A stretch of DNA of 64,000 bases, taken from contig JAGDDD010000013.1 in NCBI GenBank assembly GCA_017958225.1, positions 31,863 to 95,862 of the forward strand, read 5' to 3'. Within the stretch, counting starts at the first letter, position 1, and every line of letters begins with the position of its first letter. The translations under genes were made by a program, and so were the position numbers. Under the pieces are notes generated by a model. It worked only from the letters and a program-made list of their open reading frames with translations. It had not been told where the DNA came from and searched no databases. The stretch is from Alphaproteobacteria bacterium. Lineage in GTDB: Bacteria; Pseudomonadota; Alphaproteobacteria; CAAHEQ01; UBA3637. Below are positions 20,800 through 29,093 of this stretch, piece by piece.

Positions 20800-21470
20800 T
20801 GGCTACGACAAAAACAACTGCTAAAAAAGCAACGACAAAGAAAACAGCCGAGAAAAAGCCGGTTGAAAAGAAAACTGTCGCTAAAACCGCAACCAAAACA
20901 ACCGCCAAAAAGACAGCAACAAAACCTGTGAAAACAGAAGTTGTTGTCAAAAAAGCGGTCAAAGCGAAAGCCGAAAAGGTTGTCGAATTAAAAGACTTGA
21001 AAGCCGCTGTCGAACAGGCCGCTGCTCCTGCCGAAAAGAAGGTGGAAGAAGCCCCTGTCAAACGTGAGCCGAAAAAAGATAAGTTCGGTCGTGCGTTTGC
21101 TGCCGGTAAGCGCAAAGACGCGATTGCTCGTGTTTGGTTAAAATTGGGCAAAGGCAAAATTACCGTCAATGGACAAGATGTCAATACGTATTTTGCTCGT
21201 CCCGTGTTGCAAATGATTATCAATCAACCGTTTGTGGCAACAAGCCGCGTCGGTCAATATGATGTCGAATGCACGGTGCGCGGTGGTGGCCTTTCCGGTC
21301 AAGCCGGTGCATTGCGCCATGGTATCAGCCGTTGCTTGGATGCGTTTGAGCCCGATTTGCACTCTGTGTTGCGCAAAGGCGGATTCTTAACGCGTGACTC
21401 GCGTGCGGTTGAACGTAAGAAATACGGTAAAGCCAAAGCCCGTCGTTCTTACCAATTCAGTAAGCGTTAA
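20799..21470 (+). CDS. rpsI: 30S ribosomal protein S9 with a ~90-aa Lys/Ala/Thr-rich N-terminal extension
   Basis: The S9 core begins at ~[19 protein letters not shown] and ends ...RRSYQFSKR. The N-terminal part is a low-complexity AKT repeat. Confidence 0.9.
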   Translation: MATTKTTAKKATTKKTAEKKPVEKKTVAKTATKTTAKKTATKPVKTEVVVKKAVKAKAEKVVELKDLKAAVEQAAAPAEKKVEEAPVKREPKKDKFGRAFAAGKRKDAIARVWLKLGKGKITVNGQDVNTYFARPVLQMIINQPFVATSRVGQYDVECTVRGGGLSGQAGALRHGISRCLDAFEPDLHSVLRKGGFLTRDSRAVERKKYGKAKARRSYQFSKR

Positions 21471-21487
21471 GCGGTTATGCTTTATAC

Positions 21488-21518
21488 GAAAAAGGCGCCT
21501 TCCGGCGCCTTTTTTTTG
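21488..21518. terminator. Bidirectional intrinsic terminator AAAAAGGCGCCttccGGCGCCTTTTTTTT between rpsI (+) and the MORN-like gene (-)
   Basis: Perfect 7-bp GC stem with A/T runs on both sides. Confidence 0.55.
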
Positions 21519-21523
21519 TGGGA

Positions 21524-22621
21524 TTATTCCCGCTCCATTTCGGACGATATGCGAGAGTTGGGAGAGGGCCAATGCTGGCTGTCCACTTTTCTTGGCAACT
21601 CTTTTAAGACGGGCGTTAAGAGTTCTGGCGGTAATTTGGAAGAAAAGCCGGTATGATAGACGACATTTGTTTTGACAATCGGGTCTACCCCCTCTATCTG
21701 CAATGCCGTCAAAGCACGGCGTGCTTTGCGTTCGGCATCCTGTTTTGCACCGCGCAGGAAACGATCCATGTGGTAAGCGGCGTTGCCGTCACGTCCGGTT
21801 TCTGCTCCGTTTTCATCATAACTGATAAAAGCATCTTCCTTGCCATTTAAGAATAAAGTTTTGCGAGTCACGTGACCTTGCATGTCATAATTTATGCGCG
21901 CGGTCAGATTGTCGTTGTGAAAAAACTCTTCTTTATACACGGTGCCGTCCGGCCAATAAGTTTTCCACAAACCTTCCTGTTTGTCGTTTATCATCAGACC
22001 TTCGGCATAAACAGAACCGTTTTCGCGATACACAATGTAAGGGCCATACAATTTATCTTTTCTATAAGACATTTTTTGAATCAGGCGAGCCCTCTCGTCT
22101 TTAACTTCCCAGTCACCGACACGCTGATTGTTCTGAATCTGTCCAAAGGCCATATTGTGTGGCTCAGCAGATTTGAATTGAGGCGGTTGTTGTGCGTCTG
22201 GTTTCTTGCCATTTACATCCATGTTGATGCGCACGACATCCTGTCCGAACGCCAGCATTGAGGCTTCGCCATGTTTTCCCATTTCTACCACGGGTTTTTC
22301 ATCATACAAAAGGGCAACAGTGTTCTTTTCGGGTGTTGTCGCATGCACAACTTCGGCCTTGCCAACAACAATTTTTTGATAAGATTCTGTTTCAGACGGG
22401 GCTGTTTTATAGATGTCCACCAACTCCTTTTGGCTATAGCGCACCGTGATATGTTCGTTGGCCAAGGGTTTAGGCTCTGTGGTTTTTTGCTCTTTGATAT
22501 TAAAAGGAATAAACGCTGCCGCCCCCAGTAAAAAAGCGGTTATACGAGAGTGAGCCATGGTGTCTATACGTTGAAAAAAACGACGCATCCGTCCTTCACG
22601 TTTAGGTTGTTGTTCTGTCAT
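21524..22621 (-). CDS. Exported MORN/YwqK-like repeat protein (hypothetical)
   Basis: Signal-peptide-like N-terminus (AFLLGAAAFIPF). Repeated YxxGxxxGxWxxYxxxG-like units in the C-terminal half. The true start may be internal. Confidence 0.4.
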   Translation of the reverse strand: MTEQQPKREGRMRRFFQRIDTMAHSRITAFLLGAAAFIPFNIKEQKTTEPKPLANEHITVRYSQKELVDIYKTAPSETESYQKIVVGKAEVVHATTPEKNTVALLYDEKPVVEMGKHGEASMLAFGQDVVRINMDVNGKKPDAQQPPQFKSAEPHNMAFGQIQNNQRVGDWEVKDERARLIQKMSYRKDKLYGPYIVYRENGSVYAEGLMINDKQEGLWKTYWPDGTVYKEEFFHNDNLTARINYDMQGHVTRKTLFLNGKEDAFISYDENGAETGRDGNAAYHMDRFLRGAKQDAERKARRALTALQIEGVDPIVKTNVVYHTGFSSKLPPELLTPVLKELPRKVDSQHWPSPNSRISSEMERE

Positions 22622-22840
22622 AAAAGCCTCCTTACTATATTGCGGAACACTTTCAGTTTAGACAACAAAGGCCCTGTTGTCAAGGATTACATTTTTTTCT
22701 TGACTTTTGATGTGTATCGGGTATAATGAGCGCACTTGATAGCTCCTTGTCCGCCATTTGCGGACTATGCCACGGGCCGGGTTTTCATGGTGAAAGCTTT
22801 GGTTTTAACAAGTGGCCGAGATATCCATAAGGGGAATAAA

Positions 22841-23227
22841 ATGTCTTTTTATGAACATATTTTTATTGCACGCCCTGATTTGACCCCCGATCAAGTCAAT
22901 GCCTTAGCCGACAAATACGAGGCTGTCATTGTCAAAGACGGTGGTAAGGTCACAAAGCGTGAAAACTGGGGATTGCGGACCCTGGCCTATAAAATCGCAA
23001 AAAACAAAAAAGGTTATTATGTTTTGATGAACGTGGATGCGCCTGCCGCTGCGGTGGCCGAATTGGACCGCCTGATGCGCGTTGATGAGGACGTCATCCG
23101 CTATTTGACAGTGAAAGTGGATGCCTTGGAAGAAGGTCCGTCCGCGATGCTGTCTCAAAAGAATCACAAAACCTATGATGAGTTCGAGTTTGATATGAAC
23201 GCTGAAGGAGAGGGTGTCAATGGCTGA
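22841..23227 (+). CDS. rpsF: 30S ribosomal protein S6
   Basis: [14 protein letters not shown]... S6 signature. RBS AAGGGGAA lies before the ATG at 22841; the ORF track over-extends to 22736. Confidence 0.9.
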   Translation: MSFYEHIFIARPDLTPDQVNALADKYEAVIVKDGGKVTKRENWGLRTLAYKIAKNKKGYYVLMNVDAPAAAVAELDRLMRVDEDVIRYLTVKVDALEEGPSAMLSQKNHKTYDEFEFDMNAEGEGVNG

Positions 23228-23441
23228 GTTCTTTAAACACACAAAGTCGAATCCGTTGGGTAATACCCCGATTGACTACAAAGACATCAAACTGCTTCAA
23301 AAGTTTGTGTCCGAAAGCGGTAAAATTATTCCGTCCCGTATTTCTGCGGTTCCTGTCAGCAAACAACGCGAATTGGCAAAAGCCATCAAGCGCGCGCGTT
23401 TCTTGGCTTTGATGCCGTATGTGGCCGGTTCTGAAAATTAA
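23220..23441 (+). CDS. rpsR: 30S ribosomal protein S18
   Basis: S18 pattern ([51 protein letters not shown]). The ATG at 23220 follows GGAGAGG. Confidence 0.9.
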   Translation: MAEFFKHTKSNPLGNTPIDYKDIKLLQKFVSESGKIIPSRISAVPVSKQRELAKAIKRARFLALMPYVAGSEN

Positions 23442-23451
23442 GGAGAGGCCT

Positions 23452-24021
23452 ATGGAAGTTATTTTATTGGAAAAAATTGCCAACTTAGGACAAATGGGCG
23501 ATGTCGTGACCGTGAAAACTGGCTATGCCCGTAACTATTTGTTGCCGCAAAAGAAAGCCTTGCGCTCCACAAAAGAAAACTTGGCTTATTTTGAAAGTCA
23601 AAAGGCACAACTCGCTGCTTTAGACGCGCAACGCAAGAAAGATGCCGAAGCCGCCGCCAAAGCCTTGGTCGGCTGCAAAGTTTCTTTGGTGCGTCAAGCC
23701 TCGGAAGCCGGTCAGTTGTATGGTTCTGTGACTTCTCGCGACATTTACGACGCTTTACACGCGGACAATGTCCATGTGGAACGTAATCAAATCGATTTGC
23801 CTCAACCGTTAAAGGAAGTTGGCGTATATGAAGTGCGCATTGTGCTTCATCCGGATGTCAGCCAAGTCATCAAAGTGACCGTGGCGCGTTCTGCCGATGA
23901 GTCCAAAAAGTTGATTGACAAGCACGAAGCCGATGCTGCCAAGGCTGCACAAGCCGCTAAAAAGGCAGAAGAGGCTAAAGAAGAAACAGCCGAACAGGCT
24001 CCAGTTGGAAAGGAGGGATAA
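23452..24021 (+). CDS. rplI: 50S ribosomal protein L9 with a Lys/Ala/Glu-rich C-terminal extension
   Basis: MEVILLEKIANLGQMGDVVTVKTGYARNYLLPQKKA... The ATG at 23452 follows AAGGAGAGG. Confidence 0.9.
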   Translation: MEVILLEKIANLGQMGDVVTVKTGYARNYLLPQKKALRSTKENLAYFESQKAQLAALDAQRKKDAEAAAKALVGCKVSLVRQASEAGQLYGSVTSRDIYDALHADNVHVERNQIDLPQPLKEVGVYEVRIVLHPDVSQVIKVTVARSADESKKLIDKHEADAAKAAQAAKKAEEAKEETAEQAPVGKEG

Positions 24022-24024
24022 CCT

Positions 24025-24231
24025 ATGGTTCAAGTTATCGTCCGCGAAAACAACGTAGATCAAGCGCTGAAAATCTTGAAAAAGAAAATGCAACGCGAAG
24101 GCTTGTTTCGTGAAATGAAATTGCGTCGCAATTACGAGAAACCGTCCGAAAAACGCAAACGCGAAAAGGCGGAAGGTATTCGGCGTTCTCATAAAATTGC
24201 CAGAAAACGCAGATACGCAGAAGGATTCTAA
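24025..24231 (+). CDS. rpsU: 30S ribosomal protein S21
   Basis: 68 aa, basic, with the S21 pattern. Confidence 0.9.
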   Translation: MVQVIVRENNVDQALKILKKKMQREGLFREMKLRRNYEKPSEKRKREKAEGIRRSHKIARKRRYAEGF

Positions 24232-24271
24232 TTGTATGTGGATAGCGATGGTTGCTATCCACAGAATCCAT

Positions 24272-24362
24272 GGATGGGTGGCCGAGCGGTTGAAGGCGCA
24301 CGCCTGGAAAGTGTGTTTAGGTCTAAAGCCTAACGCGAGTTCGAATCTCGCCCCATCCGCCA
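24272..24362 (+). tRNA. tRNA-Ser (anticodon GGA), long variable arm, encoded CCA
   Basis: GGATGGG acceptor stem with complementary CCCATCC-G-CCA. Anticodon stem CACGC/GTGTG with loop CTGGAAA. Long extra arm, and a T-arm GGTTCGAATCC-like (GAGTTCGAATCTCG). Confidence 0.9.
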
Positions 24363-24367
24363 TTTAG

Positions 24368-24398
24368 CAAAAACAGCTCCTAATGGGGCTGTTTTTTT
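24368..24398 (+). terminator. Intrinsic terminator after tRNA-Ser (AAAAACAGCTCCtaatGGGGCTGTTTTTTT)
   Basis: Hairpin plus T-run 6 nt after the tRNA 3' end. Confidence 0.5.
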
Positions 24399-24403
24399 AT
24401 GCC

Positions 24404-24444
24404 TAATAAAATTGTATAGACAAAATAATTTTTATGATTACAAT
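24404..24444 (+). promoter_or_regulatory. Conserved palindromic promoter/operator element, copy 1 (TAATAAAATTGTATAGACAAAATAATTTTTATGATTACAAT)
   Basis: One of three near-identical 40-41-bp elements (24404, 27463, 29035). Half-sites TAGACA/TGTCTA double as -35 TAGACA and -10 TACAAT with a 16-nt spacer. Confidence 0.5.
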
Positions 24445-24462
24445 GACGGATGGAGAGAGTCA

Positions 24463-26580
24463 TTGAAATACGGACGCGCTTTTGTGAAATTATGTCTGGT
24501 CCTGATCCTGTGCCTAGGATTGGGCGCATCAGTGGCGTATGCTCAAAACCAGAAGACCACGCCGGCGCCAACGACCTTGCAATGTGGCGCGAGGGACGCA
24601 TGCCGGCCGGCCATGGAGGCCTGGTGTTATCAAAACAAGACGATATTGGATCGATATCTGACCGGTAAGATTTTAAAAAGACCGCCTTCTGTGTGGCGTA
24701 AAATTGCTAGTTTTGTTTTTCTAAATTCCTCTCTTGGCGGTTTGACTTATAAATACATTATCTCGCGCCTCGTCGAAGTCGATGTGACCACGGACGAATA
24801 TTACCGGTATTTGGATCAGGTCAATTGTCAACAACAGTTTTGTTGTTTTGCTTTGGGCGTGGATAAAGGCCTGTTGAAAGATTTTTGGGACATATGGCAT
24901 GGCTCGGACATTGAGGATTTGGATAATGCTTATAATCCGGTGTGGGAGCTGACTAAATCCAAAGACTATTTGTCTAGGGAAGGATTCACGCAGGGATATG
25001 AAGATCAAATCAAGAAAGATATTGACGGACTGGATGTGCCCGAGAATATCAGAAAAGCCTTGAAAAAAGGCGTCGATAAAGGGTGGTCGCCTTATCAAAC
25101 TTTGGCTGCCATGACTTCAGAGATGTTGGAACGCTACAAAGGCTCCGGCATTACTAAACAACTTTGGAACTTTGTCAAACATTCGTTTGGATCGGCCTGG
25201 GAAAGCGTCGTCAATTCGCTGCGAAAATCCGAATTCGCTGAAGCGGAAAAAAACGGAAATGTGCTGGAATGCCCCTATATTTTGCAGGGCATTTTTGATC
25301 AGGTCCACACCAGCGTTGATTGTTGGTTGTGTCCTTTGTTGGAAGACATTTTTGTTTCCGGCAACGCGTTTGCCTCGGCGTTATACACGCAAATCAGCAA
25401 AGCGATGCTGGCGTTGCTGGGCGTGTTTGCCGCTCTGACAATTATGTGGATGGTTTTCCGCGTCTTAGCAGACTTTTCCGGCAAAGAGTCGCGCGCCTTT
25501 ATCAAAAAAACTTTCTTTTTATGTTTGCGCGTGGCGATTATTGCCGTGATTTTAGTGCAATCGCCCAAAGTCGTCGGAGATTTGTTCTTTACGCCATTTG
25601 TGCATTTAAGCACAGGTCTTGGGATGGAGGTGATGGCGGGCACGCAGTTGGAGGTCAATCACGCGCATCTCAACTATTTCAAAGAAAACTTTAATAACGA
25701 AGATAGCGTTATGGGCTGCACACATTCGCACCCCGATATTTGGTCGAATGAGCAAAAGTTGATGTTTTCAAAGACAACCTGTAATACTTTGGTTGGCTTG
25801 GTGCAACTTATGTCTATTGAAATAGCAACGCCCTTCCACTATGGCCAGACACTTATGTCTTACGCCTTTAGCCACGGTCGGCCATCGGAAATTATGCCGA
25901 AATTTAAACTCTTTTTCACCGGCCTGGTGATTGTGATTATTTTTGTCGTGCTGTTGGTGGCTATTCCGTTTAAGATTGTGGATATTTTTGTGCAGTTGGT
26001 CGCTTTGTGCGCCTTAAGCCCGTTGGCCATTACGTTGTTTGCGTTCCCCGCGACTCGTTCGTATACAAAGGGTGTGTGGAAGATGTTCACCAGCTGCCTG
26101 TTGCAATTGGTGATGGTGTCATTGATGGTCGCGCTGGCCGTGGCTTTCTTTACCGGCAAGACGGATGATGAGACGTTAGCGCTGTTTCTACAAAATCGCA
26201 ATGACGAGGCCTATCAACGCATTGGATTAGGCAGTATGTCCTTTTTGGGTTTGATTGCGTTGGGCTATGTCGCATATAAGTTGCTGAACAGAGCGGTTGA
26301 GTTCGCCGAGCAATTAGGCAGTGCGGTCAAATTGGCTATGTTTGAGCCGATGACCCGGGCGACGGCCGCCACGACGGCTAAGGTTGCGGGAGAGTTCACG
26401 GGCGCTGTTGCTGGTCCAACCATAGACAAAGGCAAAGACTGGGCCAAAAAGCAGGTGGATAAAGGCACAGCCGCCTTGAAACGCCCTGTCAGAAGAGGGC
26501 TACGCAACGGCGCTTATGTTGTCGTCAAAAGCGCCTATCAATTTAAAGATAAATTTAAAGAGTGGCTTAAATCGATATAA
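24463..26580 (+). CDS. Paralog 1 of a 5-member tandem family of large polytopic membrane proteins (putatively VirB6/TrbL-like). Signal peptide and Cys-rich periplasmic N-domain
   Basis: The N-terminus KYGRAFVKLCLVL... is conserved with paralogs 2 and 3. Motifs C..C.P.MEAWC.QN, DCWLCPLLE, MGCTH...TCNTLVGLVQ, VPFKVVDIFVQL and LFAFPATR.YT are shared. The TTG at 24463 follows GGAGAGAG; the ORF-track start at 24412 lies inside the promoter palindrome. The family assignment is tentative. Confidence 0.5.
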   Translation: MKYGRAFVKLCLVLILCLGLGASVAYAQNQKTTPAPTTLQCGARDACRPAMEAWCYQNKTILDRYLTGKILKRPPSVWRKIASFVFLNSSLGGLTYKYIISRLVEVDVTTDEYYRYLDQVNCQQQFCCFALGVDKGLLKDFWDIWHGSDIEDLDNAYNPVWELTKSKDYLSREGFTQGYEDQIKKDIDGLDVPENIRKALKKGVDKGWSPYQTLAAMTSEMLERYKGSGITKQLWNFVKHSFGSAWESVVNSLRKSEFAEAEKNGNVLECPYILQGIFDQVHTSVDCWLCPLLEDIFVSGNAFASALYTQISKAMLALLGVFAALTIMWMVFRVLADFSGKESRAFIKKTFFLCLRVAIIAVILVQSPKVVGDLFFTPFVHLSTGLGMEVMAGTQLEVNHAHLNYFKENFNNEDSVMGCTHSHPDIWSNEQKLMFSKTTCNTLVGLVQLMSIEIATPFHYGQTLMSYAFSHGRPSEIMPKFKLFFTGLVIVIIFVVLLVAIPFKIVDIFVQLVALCALSPLAITLFAFPATRSYTKGVWKMFTSCLLQLVMVSLMVALAVAFFTGKTDDETLALFLQNRNDEAYQRIGLGSMSFLGLIALGYVAYKLLNRAVEFAEQLGSAVKLAMFEPMTRATAATTAKVAGEFTGAVAGPTIDKGKDWAKKQVDKGTAALKRPVRRGLRNGAYVVVKSAYQFKDKFKEWLKSI

Positions 26581-26588
26581 TTCCGACG

Positions 26589-26819
26589 TTAAGTGTGTGT
26601 GCGATTTTGCGTGGTTGGTGTGGGCGCCGCGTTTTCGTTGATCTGTTCCTGTGGAGAAGGTTGCGCTGTTTTACTGCGCTCGTCCAGCGCTTGTGTCATC
26701 TGTCCTGCCGAAGATTCTTTGAAGCTGGCGATTTGTTTTATTACGTTGGGCACTTCCTTACACAATGTGTTTCGTCGAGCACCAAGGTTCTCTCCTATCT
26801 TTTCCAAATTGTCGCTCAT
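26589..26819 (-). CDS. Hypothetical small protein (76 aa)
   Basis: ORF with an RBS-like context, convergent with paralog 1. No family recognised. Confidence 0.35.
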   Translation of the reverse strand: MSDNLEKIGENLGARRNTLCKEVPNVIKQIASFKESSAGQMTQALDERSKTAQPSPQEQINENAAPTPTTQNRTHT

Positions 26820-26828
26820 AATGTCTCC

Positions 26829-27446
26829 TTATATTGTTAAATTTTTTAAAAATTGGGCCAGTTCATCGTTCCACCGCTTGCCTTTGTCCGCGCTGATAAT
26901 GGTTTTGCCTTTCTCATCTGTTGTTATAATTGGCGAAAAATAAGCCGGAGTCGTTGTCAGCAATTCCCAGGCCTTGTCAGGTTGATGGGCGGCCATATTG
27001 ATATAGTTCAGCAACAGGGCGTGCGCATCCACCGGGAACTTGGCCGCTTTGATTTTTTCTTCACAAGCGGCGATAATGGCATCACGATCGGCCAGATAAT
27101 TGTTGAGTTGCTTGAGGGCTTGTTTGCCTTCGGCCAATAATGTGCCATCCAGGCGCGGGCGTTTCGTTGGGTCCATCAAACCAATCACTTCCCCCAAAAG
27201 CAAACGCCAAAAGGATGTCGGCGACGGATATTTTTTATCCAGGCTGGCGGCCATGGCTTCCGGATTTGGGTCTTCCACTTCCAACAGAGAACAGGCGGTA
27301 TCCACCAAATCCTGCATCATTACCTCTTCGTCCGGGTCTTGTTCCACCTCTTCCAGGGTTAAACTGAAATCGGGGGGTGGCTCAATGAGGTCTTGATTTT
27401 CCCACAAAGCCTTGTATAAGCTGGTAATAAGTTCTGTTTGCGCCAT
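26829..27446 (-). CDS. Hypothetical acidic protein (~205 aa from MAQTELITSLYK...)
   Basis: The ATG at 27446 follows AAGGA. Divergently transcribed from the paralog 2 promoter/operator. Confidence 0.5.
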   Translation of the reverse strand: MAQTELITSLYKALWENQDLIEPPPDFSLTLEEVEQDPDEEVMMQDLVDTACSLLEVEDPNPEAMAASLDKKYPSPTSFWRLLLGEVIGLMDPTKRPRLDGTLLAEGKQALKQLNNYLADRDAIIAACEEKIKAAKFPVDAHALLLNYINMAAHQPDKAWELLTTTPAYFSPIITTDEKGKTIISADKGKRWNDELAQFLKNLTI

Positions 27447-27462
27447 GGTCTTTCGTCCTTCT

Positions 27463-27502
27463 TTATAAAATAGTATAGACAAAAAAATTTTTATGTCTAC
27501 AA
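27463..27502 (+). promoter_or_regulatory. Conserved palindromic promoter/operator element, copy 2 (TATAAAATAGTATAGACAAAAAAATTTTTATGTCTACAAT)
   Basis: See copy 1. Lies between divergent genes. Confidence 0.5.
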
Positions 27503-27527
27503 TAAAAATGTTTGGAGAAATAAATCG

Positions 27528-29021
27528 ATGCGCAAGTATGCCTTTTTCAAAATATGTGTTGTAGCGCTTTCCGGGCTCATGCTGGCCCTGTGTGCTTCGC
27601 CTGCGCAGGCCGAGGAGACGTCCTGGTGCCCCAAAAGATCCACATGTAATCCAGTTATGGAGGCGTGGTGTCGGCAAAACGCAGAGATATTGAAAACCGC
27701 TGCCGATGAAGGTAAGAAGTATGTTTATCACGATGTGCAATGTGATAAGGCCGGGTGTTGTGTTGAACCGTTAGAGAAAACCGGACCTGGCGCGGGTATT
27801 GGCGGAGCTACTTATACTCAAACATATACCGTTTTCCCGGCATTTTTACAGGCGCTTGTTGATAAAAATCGTGCTAATGTGGATTGTTGGTTGTGTGGTT
27901 TGTTGGAAAGTATTTTTGTGCGCGGGGATTTATTGGCGACGCGCCTGTATACCTCCATGAGCCACATTATGTTGTTCCTTTTGGGCGTCATGACCACGGT
28001 GACGCTGTTGTGGTTTGCGTTCCGTGTATTCGTGGATTTTTCCGGTAAAGAATCGCGCGCTTTTTTACAAAAATCAACCGGCTTGTTTGCGCGCGTTGCC
28101 ATTATTGCGCTGATTTTGATTCAATCCCCCAGTTCGGTCGGTAATTTCTTTTTTGCCCCCTTTATTTCTTTGGGAACTGGGTTGGGATTGGAGATGTTGG
28201 CCGTGTCGGCCGGCGGGCAGGAAGCGTCTCATCCGCATATTACTTATTTTACGCAACACCTTTATGATGAAGATTCTATTATGGGCTGCACGCATCAGGA
28301 GCAATCATTTTGGGATAATCATCCCGATTTGTTGTTGTCCAAAGCCACATGTAATATGTTGGTAGGCTTGGTCCAGATTATTTCGATAGAAGTTACGACG
28401 CCGATTAATTTTGGAATGGCGTATATGCGATTTTCTACGAACGAGCTGAGATGGGGATTTGTTCCGCATTGGGGGCCTTTTTTCTATGGGGCTCTTATGA
28501 TTATCGCCTTTTTCTGTATTTTGATATTGGTGCCGTTTAAGGTTATTGATATTTTTGTGCAGTTGATTGTGGCGTCCTGTTTCCTGCCCTTGGCTTTGAC
28601 CTTGTTCGCTTTTCCGGCGACACGCAAATATACGCAAGCCATGTGGAAGCTGTTTTTAGCCTGTATTATTCAATTGGTTATGTTGTCGTTGATGGTGGCC
28701 TTGGCTGTGAATTTATTTGTCGGCAGTGGTGGCGCAACCAATCAAGTCGTCCTGCCCTTGTTCTTAATGGGCGAAGATGAGGAAGCGTATAAAGCTTTGG
28801 CCATGGCCGGCAATGGTATTATTGCTTCGTTGGGCGCATCTTTCATAGCGTTTTATTTGATTACGCGAGCTGCCTCGTTTGCTAAACAGTTAGGTATGAG
28901 CATCAATTTGGGAACGGGCGACGCCTTACAAGATCCGTTTATGTCCGCGACGGCGAAGACCGCAGGTACGGCGGCCGGTGGGGTAAAAACGCTGTGGGAC
29001 AAAGCGACGGGTAACATATAA
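27528..29021 (+). CDS. Paralog 2 of the tandem polytopic membrane protein family (putatively VirB6/TrbL-like), shortest member (497 aa)
   Basis: ATG with RBS GGAGAAA. Signal peptide ...LALCASPAQA. Shared motifs WCPKRSTCNPVMEAWCRQN, DCWLCGLLE, MGCTHQ, VPFKVIDIFVQL and LFAFPATRKYT. Confidence 0.5.
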   Translation: MRKYAFFKICVVALSGLMLALCASPAQAEETSWCPKRSTCNPVMEAWCRQNAEILKTAADEGKKYVYHDVQCDKAGCCVEPLEKTGPGAGIGGATYTQTYTVFPAFLQALVDKNRANVDCWLCGLLESIFVRGDLLATRLYTSMSHIMLFLLGVMTTVTLLWFAFRVFVDFSGKESRAFLQKSTGLFARVAIIALILIQSPSSVGNFFFAPFISLGTGLGLEMLAVSAGGQEASHPHITYFTQHLYDEDSIMGCTHQEQSFWDNHPDLLLSKATCNMLVGLVQIISIEVTTPINFGMAYMRFSTNELRWGFVPHWGPFFYGALMIIAFFCILILVPFKVIDIFVQLIVASCFLPLALTLFAFPATRKYTQAMWKLFLACIIQLVMLSLMVALAVNLFVGSGGATNQVVLPLFLMGEDEEAYKALAMAGNGIIASLGASFIAFYLITRAASFAKQLGMSINLGTGDALQDPFMSATAKTAGTAAGGVKTLWDKATGNI

Positions 29022-29034
29022 GTTGGCGCCCGGT

Positions 29035-29075
29035 AATAAAATTGTATAGACAAAACAATTTTTGTGTCTACAATA
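29035..29075 (+). promoter_or_regulatory. Conserved palindromic promoter/operator element, copy 3 (TAATAAAATTGTATAGACAAAACAATTTTTGTGTCTACAAT)
   Basis: Best palindrome of the three (TTGTATAGACAAAA / TTTTGTGTCTACAA). Starts 14 nt after the paralog 2 stop. Confidence 0.5.
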
Positions 29076-29093
29076 GTGCTGTGGAGAGGCGAA

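Noticed and set aside
24412-24462. ORF-track 5' extensions of paralogs 1 and 3 (starts at 24412 and 29064)
   Set aside because: These TTG/GTG codons lie inside the conserved promoter/operator palindrome and upstream of the RBS. The conserved N-terminal alignment with paralog 2 begins at the downstream TTG codons.
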